From: a virus
Taxonomy: Duplodnaviria; Caudoviricetes
Direction: 5' to 3' (one strand)
Virus record (IMG/VR): IMGVR_UViG_3300025608_000063
Location: 1 to 31,482 of that record
Length of the DNA stretch: 31,482 bases
Part shown: positions 1-6,889 of the stretch, one piece after another
Layout: the number at the start of each line of letters is the position of its first letter
Position numbering within the stretch: the stretch's first letter is position 1
Made by a program: the position numbers and the translations under genes
Notes under the pieces: generated by a model
Told to the model about the DNA's origin: nothing
Seen by the model: only the letters and a program-made list of their open reading frames with translations
The model's database searches: none

Positions 1-11
1 CAGGTAATAAA

Positions 12-137
12 ATGAAAATAATATATAAGATACTAAATAAATTAATTAACTTAATTGTTGAAATAATTATTATATTAGTATTTTGTATTATATTTACAAC
101 ATTAATAACAAGAATATTAAATTTAAATATCAATTAA
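12..137 (+). CDS. Possible 41-aa hydrophobic peptide
   Basis: MKIIYKILNKLINLIVEIIIILVFCIIFTTLITRILNLNIN; in the right copy (start 29495) its ATG overlaps the upstream stop (ATGA) and the stop position is kept; it also overlaps promoter-like sequence. Confidence 0.3.
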   Translation: MKIIYKILNKLINLIVEIIIILVFCIIFTTLITRILNLNIN

Positions 138-138
138 A

Positions 139-528
139 ATGAACAACAACAAATTAAAAGAACTTTATTTAAAGTACGAATTAGACAAAGAAGATTTCTT
201 TAAACACCAACACTACACAATCATAACAAGGCAAGGTATTGATAAAATACAAGCTAAAGAACAGATGTACGTTAGTTATGAAGTTATAAGATGTGAGCCT
301 AACTTTGCAGTATTTAAAGCAAAGGCACAAAAAGAGGGTAAGATGATAGAAACTTTTGGTTCTGCATTAAAAGGAGCAAACTACAAAGATGGGAATACTA
401 ATTCTTGGTATGTTGCTGAAATGGCAGAAAAAAGAGCAATGAGTAGAGCAGTATTAAAATTAACAGGGTTCTATGAATTGGGAGTTTTTGGAGAAGATGA
501 AAGCGAAAGTTTTAAGAAAGAAAAATAG
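139..528 (+). CDS. Putative single-strand annealing protein (Sak/Rad52/RecT-like), allele A
   Basis: AEMAEKRAMSRAVL...GEDE motif resembles phage SSAPs; lies directly before SSB and helicase. Confidence 0.55.
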   Translation: MNNNKLKELYLKYELDKEDFFKHQHYTIITRQGIDKIQAKEQMYVSYEVIRCEPNFAVFKAKAQKEGKMIETFGSALKGANYKDGNTNSWYVAEMAEKRAMSRAVLKLTGFYELGVFGEDESESFKKEK

Positions 529-540
529 AAATATAAATAA

Positions 541-571
541 TACACGAGGTATTGCGTGTAATGACAATACC
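541..571 (+). promoter_or_regulatory. Predicted H-type RNA pseudoknot in the SSB leader
   Basis: TACACG(541-546) pairs with CGTGTA(555-560) and GGTATTG(548-554) pairs with CAATACC(565-571), crossing; loop 1 is a single A. Confidence 0.65.
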
Positions 572-591
572 AAAATTAAATAATAATTATT

Positions 592-888
592 ATGAGTGCA
601 ATTATCAATTACAGTTTAAGAGTAGACAAATTACCAAAAGAAAAATTTGTAGCAGGAAAAGATGGAGCAGTTTATCTAAACCTAACAATGTCAGTAAATG
701 ACGAAACAAGATACGGAAATAATACTTCTGTTTATGTTTCACAAACTGCAGAAGAAAGAGAAGCTAAAAAAGCAAGAAACTATGTAGCTAATGGCAAAGT
801 AGTTTGGAACGATGGTAATATAGTAAATGCTGAAAAAGAAGTGAAAGAAGCAGTACAGGAAGAAGTAGTATCTGATTTACCATTTTAA
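592..888 (+). CDS. Putative ssDNA-binding protein, allele A
   Basis: Small beta-rich protein with acidic tail ending DLPF; occupies the same slot as the DUF3127-like SSB in the other repeat copy. Confidence 0.65.
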   Translation: MSAIINYSLRVDKLPKEKFVAGKDGAVYLNLTMSVNDETRYGNNTSVYVSQTAEEREAKKARNYVANGKVVWNDGNIVNAEKEVKEAVQEEVVSDLPF

Positions 889-894
889 ATTTAT

Positions 895-924
895 AGGGTA
901 GTGTAAAAGCTACCCTTTTTTTTT
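895..924 (+). terminator. Rho-independent terminator
   Basis: AGGGTAG-tgtaaaag-CTACCCT followed by a T run. Confidence 0.85.
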
Positions 925-973
925 AAATAAATTTTTATATATTAGTAAAAAATAATGACACAAAATAATATAA

Positions 974-1861
974 ATGACAATAGATATTTCAGAAGAAAAG
1001 ACCATAGAAAATATGGAAATGGAACTTATAGAAAAGGAGTGTAGTGTATCAACAGATGAAGTGTTAGACTACCCACCAACTGCTTTAAGTTTAGGAGAAA
1101 AGACAATACAAACAAAGGATGGAGATTTAAAAATACCAATAGCAATAGGAACTTATGGAAACTTTAGTTTTGTACAAGCACCACCAAAGACAAAGAAAAC
1201 ATTTTTTATAAGTTTATTAGCAAGTGTTTATTTAAGTGGAAGAAATAATTTTGGAGGTAAAATAAAAGGACATAGAGATGGTAGATGTTTAATACATTTT
1301 GATACAGAGCAAGGTCATTGGCACTCACAAAGGGTATTTAAAAGAGTAGAGGATATGGCAGGTATAAAAGATTTAGGATGCTATAAAACATATGCTTTAA
1401 GAACTATAAATTATAAAAACAGAGTTAAGTTTATAGAATATATTTTAGAACAAAATAAAGGTAATAATGGACTTGTAGTAATTGATGGGATAGCAGACTT
1501 GGTAAGTGATGTAAATAACCTTGAAGAAAGTAATTTATGCGTACAAAAGATTATGGAATTATCGGCTAAATACGATTGTCATATAATAACAGTTATACAT
1601 AGTAACTATGGTACAGATAAAGCGACAGGTCATTTAGGAAGTTTTTTATATAAGAAGTGTGAAACTGCAATAAGTTTAGAGCAAAATACAGTACATAAAG
1701 ATAATGTAACTGCAACCTGTAAAATAAGTAGAGGATATGCTTTTGACACGTTTAGCTTTAGTGTAAACAGATACGGTTTACCTTTTGTAGTAGGGGATAT
1801 ATATGACCCATTAGAAGATTTTAAAAAAAATCAACCAAATAATAAAGAAATACCATTTTAA
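974..1861 (+). CDS. AAA/RecA-like ATPase, probable replicative helicase, allele A
   Basis: Variant Walker A (APPKTKKT), HFDTEQ, Walker B VVIDG, VIH and GHLGS motifs. Confidence 0.8.
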   Translation: MTIDISEEKTIENMEMELIEKECSVSTDEVLDYPPTALSLGEKTIQTKDGDLKIPIAIGTYGNFSFVQAPPKTKKTFFISLLASVYLSGRNNFGGKIKGHRDGRCLIHFDTEQGHWHSQRVFKRVEDMAGIKDLGCYKTYALRTINYKNRVKFIEYILEQNKGNNGLVVIDGIADLVSDVNNLEESNLCVQKIMELSAKYDCHIITVIHSNYGTDKATGHLGSFLYKKCETAISLEQNTVHKDNVTATCKISRGYAFDTFSFSVNRYGLPFVVGDIYDPLEDFKKNQPNNKEIPF

Positions 1862-1872
1862 AAAATTAAACA

Positions 1873-2391
1873 ATGTCTAAACTAATTAAAAAAGCTGCAG
1901 AAAAACACCAAACTTGGATAAATGTAGTTAACTCCTTTGGGTGTCCTAAAAATATATCAGAAGATATAGTACAGGAAATGTATATTTATTTAATTAGATA
2001 TGAGAAAGAGGGTAAGAATATTTGGTATGAAGATGGAGAGGTTAACTATTATTATATATTCAAACAGTTAAGAGGTATCTATGTAGCTTATTTAAGAAGT
2101 AACAGTAAGATTATAAAAGTTTCTTTAGATGAATTAAACGAGATAGAAAAAAGTTTTGAAGAAATAGACCCATTAATTTATGAGGAACAATACGAGGAAT
2201 TTTTAAATAATTATTTAAGAGCAGTAGATGATGTTTATTGGTACGACAAAAAAGTATTTGAATTAATAGCAAGAGGTAAAAGTGTAGCTGAATTAAGTAG
2301 AGATACAAAGATAGGTTACTATTCACTTTACAATACATATAACAAGGTTAAGGATAAATTAAAAGATGAATTATTATCAATAAACAAATAG
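1873..2391 (+). CDS. ECF-type RNA polymerase sigma factor
   Basis: Region-2-like EDIVQEMYI and C-terminal region-4 HTH (KSVAELSRDTKIGYYSLYNTYNKVK); 172 aa. Confidence 0.75.
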   Translation: MSKLIKKAAEKHQTWINVVNSFGCPKNISEDIVQEMYIYLIRYEKEGKNIWYEDGEVNYYYIFKQLRGIYVAYLRSNSKIIKVSLDELNEIEKSFEEIDPLIYEEQYEEFLNNYLRAVDDVYWYDKKVFELIARGKSVAELSRDTKIGYYSLYNTYNKVKDKLKDELLSINK

Positions 2392-2417
2392 CTAAAGAAT
2401 TAAAACTATTTACAGAT

Positions 2418-2690
2418 GTGGTTTGTAAAAGATATTCTCAAAAAGATAGAGCAAATAACTTCAATAATGAAACATTTTTAGTTCAAGAAATAATACCTAC
2501 AAGCGACCATTCAGCAACTGTAATATTTGAAAAAAATACAGGAAAACGTGCTGCATTCTTTTTTTATTATATACAATCTTTTAAAAAATGGAATTACTTT
2601 GTACCAACTGATAGCCATATAAACGGAATGAGTTGTTTTGCAAATCAAAAAATAGAAGTAGAAAGACATAATTATAAATATAATTTTTAA
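2418..2690 (+). CDS. Hypothetical protein (frame is open back to 2370)
   Basis: ORF track; fills the gap in a co-oriented operon. Confidence 0.65.
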   Translation: MVCKRYSQKDRANNFNNETFLVQEIIPTSDHSATVIFEKNTGKRAAFFFYYIQSFKKWNYFVPTDSHINGMSCFANQKIEVERHNYKYNF

Positions 2691-2691
2691 T

Positions 2692-2832
2692 ATGAAACTC
2701 GGAGACTTTATAGAATTAATTACAACATACACAGGAATAAAATGGCTTGTAAAGAAATGGAGTAAACTTACAGGCAAAGATTGTGGGTGTGATGACAGAA
2801 AGAATAAACTTAACGATATTGAATTATGGTAG
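2692..2832 (+). CDS. 46-aa hypothetical protein with CGC motif
   Basis: Hand translated MKLGDFIELITTYTGIKWLVKKWSKLTGKDCGCDDRKNKLNDIELW; abuts both neighbours. Confidence 0.75.
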   Translation: MKLGDFIELITTYTGIKWLVKKWSKLTGKDCGCDDRKNKLNDIELW

Positions 2833-3566
2833 AATTATACAAAGGAGATTGTCTTAAGGTTATGAAAGGCATTAAAGATAATAGTATTGATGCTATAATA
2901 ACAGACCCCCCTTACGGCACTACTGCCTGCAAGTGGGATAGTGTTATTGATTTTGACTTAATGTGGGAACAGTTGAATAGAATTATAAAGCCTAATGGTG
3001 CTATTGTCTTATTTGGTAGTGAGCCTTTTAGTAGTGCTTTGAGAATGAGTAATATTAAGAATTACAGGTACGATATTATTTGGGATAAAATACGTGGGAG
3101 TAATTTTGCACTTGCTAACAAACAGCCACTAAAAACACACGAAAACATCTCCGTATTTTATAAAAAACTACCGACATATAATCCACAAATGACGGTTGGT
3201 GAACCATACGACAAAACAAAGTATAATGGAGTAAATGATACAAGTAACATAACAGGGCATAAAATAAAGAGGACAAGAAAGAAAAATAATGGTGAAAGGT
3301 TTCCTGTTTCAATTCAAAAAGTATCTATGAACTGGAAGAGGCAAGACCAGATACACCCAACACAAAAACCAATAGCTTTAATGGAGTACCTAATAAAGAC
3401 TTACACCAACGAAAATGAAACGGTTTTAGATTTCACAATGGGAAGTGGTTCTACTATGGTAGCTTGTCAAAACACTAAAAGAAACGGAATAGGAATTGAA
3501 ATGGATGAAAACTATTTTAATATAGCTAAAAAAAGAATTGAAGATAATAAATTAAAACTTTTTTAA
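2826..3566 (+). CDS. Orphan DNA N6-adenine/N4-cytosine methyltransferase (beta class)
   Basis: DPPY catalytic motif, HPTQKP, and VLDFTMGSGST SAM-binding motif in beta order. Confidence 0.95.
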   Translation: MVELYKGDCLKVMKGIKDNSIDAIITDPPYGTTACKWDSVIDFDLMWEQLNRIIKPNGAIVLFGSEPFSSALRMSNIKNYRYDIIWDKIRGSNFALANKQPLKTHENISVFYKKLPTYNPQMTVGEPYDKTKYNGVNDTSNITGHKIKRTRKKNNGERFPVSIQKVSMNWKRQDQIHPTQKPIALMEYLIKTYTNENETVLDFTMGSGSTMVACQNTKRNGIGIEMDENYFNIAKKRIEDNKLKLF

Positions 3567-3567
3567 T

Positions 3568-3771
3568 ATGACTTTAGAAGATAGAGCAACTTGGGAAGAT
3601 TTTAAAGCGAATGTAACAAACAAATTAACTCCTGAATATAGGAAAATATTATGTACCTTACACGCACAATATTATAACCATAAATATTCAGAGCCTTGCA
3701 CCTGTAACGGAAAGATTTACAGGATGTGGATAGCAGACATTGACAGAGTATATGATAAACAAAATACATAA
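3568..3771 (+). CDS. Hypothetical protein (H...PCTC motif)
   Basis: ORF track; tightly packed in operon. Confidence 0.75.
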   Translation: MTLEDRATWEDFKANVTNKLTPEYRKILCTLHAQYYNHKYSEPCTCNGKIYRMWIADIDRVYDKQNT

Positions 3772-4168
3772 GTTAGAACAAGCAATAGTACAAATATTAA
3801 ACCTTGATGGTTGGAAACTTAAATGGACAGGAGAGGGTTCACAAAGTTGGGATGCAGAGGGTTTGACACCCAAAGGTAAAGAATGTGTTATAGAGATGAA
3901 GTTTAGGAATAAGCACTATGACACCAAAATGTTAGAACAGTTTAAATACGATAAGCTAATAGGTACAGGTAAAGTAGCTTTGTATTTCGTAAATGACCCA
4001 AAGGCAAATTATTTGTTTTGGTTAAATGATATAGAGATGCCTGAACCTGTAAAAAAATATTGTCCTGATACTACAATGTGGACAAAGAAACGAGTTCTAA
4101 AACCTGTTTACCTACTTGAAGAAAGTAAGGCAATAATAATAAATAAAAATAATTCTGAAAATAATTAA
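3752..4168 (+). CDS. Putative PD-(D/E)xK nuclease / Holliday junction resolvase-like protein
   Basis: E...WDAEG...IEMKFR catalytic-like pattern; ATG at 3752 preferred over TTG at 3740. Confidence 0.6.
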   Translation: MINKIHKLEQAIVQILNLDGWKLKWTGEGSQSWDAEGLTPKGKECVIEMKFRNKHYDTKMLEQFKYDKLIGTGKVALYFVNDPKANYLFWLNDIEMPEPVKKYCPDTTMWTKKRVLKPVYLLEESKAIIINKNNSENN

Positions 4169-4214
4169 CAAAAATTGTTTATAATTAAAATATTTGTTTT
4201 ATATTTGTACCATA
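4162..4214 (+). promoter_or_regulatory. Bacteroidota housekeeping-type promoter with upstream dyad
   Basis: TATATTTG (-7 box, TAnnTTTG) at 4200-4207; architecture is nearly the same at 28378-28430. Confidence 0.7.
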
Positions 4215-4230
4215 ATTAAAAACAAGTATT

Positions 4231-4359
4231 ATGAATATAATTAAAAGAATGATTAAAGAGTACAAGGTAAGAAAGAATTTAATACCATTTAAGACAGTTA
4301 AATTAGATACAGGTGTTATTTGTAAGCATTATATTAATGGTAAAATAGAGGTGGCGTAA
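4231..4359 (+). CDS. 42-aa hypothetical protein
   Basis: Hand translated MNIIKRMIKEYKVRKNLIPFKTVKLDTGVICKHYINGKIEVA; TAATG overlap with the next gene. Confidence 0.7.
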   Translation: MNIIKRMIKEYKVRKNLIPFKTVKLDTGVICKHYINGKIEVA

Positions 4360-4736
4360 TGGTAAAATATACAGACAAACAAATCGAAAATATATCAGGT
4401 GCTATACTAACATCTTTTATTAACTTACATTTTTTAGAAGAATGCAGTCAGTTAGGTATTTTTAAGCATAGAGTAAAAAAGAATGTTAAAAGAACTATTG
4501 AAGATTTAATAGATATTGAAACAGTTTACTTTAATGAAATTGAAAAGACAGATGATAATGATATGGGAGATAAGTTAGTTTCTAATAGTATGGACTTTAT
4601 ATCTTTTTTATTAAATGACTTTGACTTCAACGACTTTATAAAGATACAGGAAGTTGTTGCAGCTTATTCTATGGATAGACAAAAGGTAACAGAATTGACT
4701 GACAAGATATTAAAAGATAACGGTGCAAAAGAATAA
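4359..4736 (+). CDS. Hypothetical protein
   Basis: ORF track, 125 aa. Confidence 0.8.
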   Translation: MVKYTDKQIENISGAILTSFINLHFLEECSQLGIFKHRVKKNVKRTIEDLIDIETVYFNEIEKTDDNDMGDKLVSNSMDFISFLLNDFDFNDFIKIQEVVAAYSMDRQKVTELTDKILKDNGAKE

Positions 4737-4752
4737 TAAATTATGGAATTAA

Positions 4753-4878
4753 ATGAAAATAAACTTTGATTTAAAAAACAAGTACCCAAGTGTAGAATTT
4801 TGCTACAATAACAAAGCGGTAATAATTAGGTATTGGGGTGGATTAAAATTTAATAAGGTTGTGATTTATGGTGCATAA
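4753..4878 (+). CDS. 41-aa hypothetical protein
   Basis: Hand translated MKINFDLKNKYPSVEFCYNNKAVIIRYWGGLKFNKVVIYGA; stop lies inside GCATAAC. Confidence 0.55.
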   Translation: MKINFDLKNKYPSVEFCYNNKAVIIRYWGGLKFNKVVIYGA

Positions 4879-4920
4879 CACCAAGATAAGAAGCGTTTTA
4901 ATGTGGTTGTATAAATAATA
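4872..4920 (+). repeat. Intergenic repeat, shortened copy of the element at 5243-5321
   Basis: Shares AAGATAAGAAGCGTTTTAATG and CGTTTTAATGTGGTTGT.TAAATAATA with the longer copy. Confidence 0.85.
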
Positions 4921-4936
4921 ATTAAATAATAAAGAT

Positions 4937-5113
4937 ATGAAACAAAGACAATTAACTGGTAATTGGTATCTTAAAAGAACAATTTGGGGTACATATAGAG
5001 TAATGGTAGAAAAATGTAGTAATGATGTACCTGGCGGTGTCACTTTTTATAAAAAAGCGAATGAAAGAGACGAAGTAGAACTAGGAATTTATTGCAATTT
5101 ATATAAAGCTTAA
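4937..5113 (+). CDS. 58-aa hypothetical protein
   Basis: Hand translated MKQRQLTGNWYLKRTIWGTYRVMVEKCSNDVPGGVTFYKKANERDEVELGIYCNLYKA. Confidence 0.7.
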   Translation: MKQRQLTGNWYLKRTIWGTYRVMVEKCSNDVPGGVTFYKKANERDEVELGIYCNLYKA

Positions 5114-5120
5114 AATAAAT

Positions 5121-5250
5121 TGTTGTGTGCCGAAAGGCTTGTAGTATGGTGCGAGGGAAAGTAAATTGTTTCAGCAAATTAACAAGTACCTTAATTAATA
5201 GTCGCTGAACGTAATGGATAGATATTAAAAGCACCATATTACACACAACA
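5121..5250 (+). ncRNA. Candidate structured RNA/ssDNA element
   Basis: Nested stems TGTTGTGTG/CACACAACA, TGTAGTATGGTGC/GCACCATATTACA and TTCAGC/GCTGAA, plus a GCC-GAAA-GGC tetraloop hairpin. Confidence 0.55.
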
Positions 5251-5321
5251 CTAAGATAAGAAGCGTTTTAATGCTTTTTATCGACTGTTGAACCACGTTT
5301 TAATGTGGTTGTGTAAATAAT
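5243..5321 (+). repeat. Palindromic intergenic repeat (two hairpins; attC-like ends)
   Basis: CAACA..GATAAGAAGCG-TTTTAA-TGCTTTTTATC..TGTTG followed by AACCACG-TTTTAA-TGTGGTT; bounded by complementary ACACAAC/GTTGTGT. Confidence 0.75.
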
Positions 5322-5334
5322 AAATAATAAAATT

Positions 5335-5562
5335 ATGGAAAAATTAGCAATTAAACTAAAGATTATACAGAAAGTATCTAATACAGAAAGAGTAAAAAAC
5401 GGTTTGGAAAGACTTGGTAAAGGATATTTTGATGCTTACAGGTTTAACCCTTACAACCCTTTAGCTTATATAGTTCTTATATGTATATTTATTATCGGAT
5501 TAATAATGTATGGTTTTATTGGTGTATTTGAAAAAGCAGAAAACCCTTTTTTGTGGAATTAA
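5335..5562 (+). CDS. Small membrane protein
   Basis: 75 aa with one C-terminal hydrophobic helix. Confidence 0.75.
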   Translation: MEKLAIKLKIIQKVSNTERVKNGLERLGKGYFDAYRFNPYNPLAYIVLICIFIIGLIMYGFIGVFEKAENPFLWN

Positions 5563-5575
5563 AACAATTTAGTTT

Positions 5576-5628
5576 TTAGCGGCAAGGCCCGGGGTCCGGG
5601 CGAGGTTACTGACCTTTTGAGCCGCTAA
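5576..5628. ncRNA. GC-rich three-way-junction element
   Basis: TTAGCGGC/GCCGCTAA closes the hairpins GCCCGG-ggt-CCGGGC and AGGTT-act-GACCT. Confidence 0.55.
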
Positions 5629-5667
5629 TTACTAATAAATTTAAAAAATAAATTAAAAACAAATATT

Positions 5668-5811
5668 ATGAAACACTCAATAGAAAACGAAATATTTAAT
5701 CATTACAGAAAAAATAAGAAAAAAATAGAATTAGCGAAATCACTTTTAGAAAAAGACGGTTATATAGTTAGTAAAAAACAAACAAATGGAAGCAACATAT
5801 ATACATTATAA
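5668..5811 (+). CDS. 47-aa hypothetical protein
   Basis: Hand translated MKHSIENEIFNHYRKNKKKIELAKSLLEKDGYIVSKKQTNGSNIYTL. Confidence 0.65.
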   Translation: MKHSIENEIFNHYRKNKKKIELAKSLLEKDGYIVSKKQTNGSNIYTL

Positions 5812-6019
5812 AACAGGTAAGGACTACGATATTATAGACGTGTGTAAGGATTACTCTCTTAACTTTAACAGAGGTAATATTTTGAAATATGTAGCAAGAG
5901 CAGGTAAGAAGAATGATGAGTTACAAGACTTGAGAAAAGCATTAGATTACTTACAAAGAGAAATAGATTATTTAGAGAATAAACAAAAAGAATATATAAA
6001 ACAAACAATAGATAGATAA
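5786..6019 (+). CDS. DUF3310/SaV-like protein (T7 gp1.7-related)
   Basis: HY...FNRGNILKYVARAGKK...QDLRKALDYL signature. Confidence 0.85.
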   Translation: MEATYIHYKTGKDYDIIDVCKDYSLNFNRGNILKYVARAGKKNDELQDLRKALDYLQREIDYLENKQKEYIKQTIDR

Positions 6020-6156
6020 TGGAAGTATTTGACAATGAATTAAATGATTATTTAGAGAGTTTAGAAAACACAAGTAAGTGTTCTGAATGTGGAGAAACAA
6101 TAGATGAAAGCAAATCATATTGTAGTGAACAATGTTTTAAAGCATCTATGTTATGA
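6019..6156 (+). CDS. 45-aa zinc-finger protein
   Basis: Hand translated; CSECG...YCSEQC; start and stop overlap both neighbours. Confidence 0.75.
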   Translation: MEVFDNELNDYLESLENTSKCSECGETIDESKSYCSEQCFKASML

Positions 6157-6866
6157 TATTATTAATAGATGCAGATAGCTTAATATTTGCGAGTTGTTAT
6201 AGAAAAAAACAAACTCCTGATGACAATCCATATTATGAAAAGTTATCGGATAGTGTAGAAAAGTTTGAAGAACAACTTATGGGTATTGTAAATGATTTAG
6301 AGGAACATTACAACATAGACAAAGTACTTATATTTAGTGGTTCAAAAGGTAACTTTAGAAAACTAATAACAAAGAAATACAAAGCTAATAGACAAAAACA
6401 ACAAAGACCACCTTTATTATATGAGATGCACGATTATGTAAAAGAGAAACATAATTCTATTTATGGGTATGGTGTGGAGACAGATGATATGGTTGCAAGG
6501 TATTGGCACGATTTATCAAAAGAGTTTGGTAGAGATGAGGTTATGATTGTATCAATAGATAAAGATTACAAACAGTTTCCTTGTTTAATGTATAACTACC
6601 ATTACAAGCATAAAGTAGTGTATGACATTACAGAAGAAGAAGCAATGTATAATTTCTATGAACAAATGATAATAGGAGATACTGCTGATAATGTAAATTA
6701 CTTTAAAGGTAAGGGTAAAAAGTTTGCAGAAAACTATTTAGCAGAATGTAATAGCCATTACCAATACACTAAAAAGATGTATGCTTTATTTAAAGAAGTA
6801 CACAAAGGAAAAGCAAAACAAAGGTACATAGAGTGCTATAACTTATTGAAATTAAGAACAAATTAA
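6153..6866 (+). CDS. 5'-3' exonuclease / flap endonuclease (T7 gp6/RNase H-like)
   Basis: LLIDAD, NFR...YKANR, ETDD, SIDKD and GDTADN...GKG motifs. Confidence 0.92.
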   Translation: MILLIDADSLIFASCYRKKQTPDDNPYYEKLSDSVEKFEEQLMGIVNDLEEHYNIDKVLIFSGSKGNFRKLITKKYKANRQKQQRPPLLYEMHDYVKEKHNSIYGYGVETDDMVARYWHDLSKEFGRDEVMIVSIDKDYKQFPCLMYNYHYKHKVVYDITEEEAMYNFYEQMIIGDTADNVNYFKGKGKKFAENYLAECNSHYQYTKKMYALFKEVHKGKAKQRYIECYNLLKLRTN

Positions 6867-6889
6867 ATAACAGATTAAAAGCAAAGAAA

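Larger units (their letters stand above)
1..1986 (+). repeat. Imperfect terminal direct repeat, left copy
   Basis: 1..127 is identical to 29484..29610 and 1930..1986 is identical to 31426..31482; the interior is near-identical (SSAP), non-homologous (SSB) or divergent (helicase). Confidence 0.95.

Noticed and set aside
2826-4168. Complete type II restriction-modification system
   Set aside because: The nuclease is small (~138 aa), separated from the MTase by another gene and more like a phage resolvase; not excluded but unsupported
4872-5321. CRISPR array or DGR template/variable repeat
   Set aside because: Only two copies ~370 bp apart separated by a gene; no cas or reverse transcriptase gene; differences are not adenine-specific
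5576-5628. tRNA, hammerhead ribozyme or terminator
   Set aside because: Too short for a tRNA and no T-loop; no CUGANGA/GAAA core on either strand; no U tract after the closing stem
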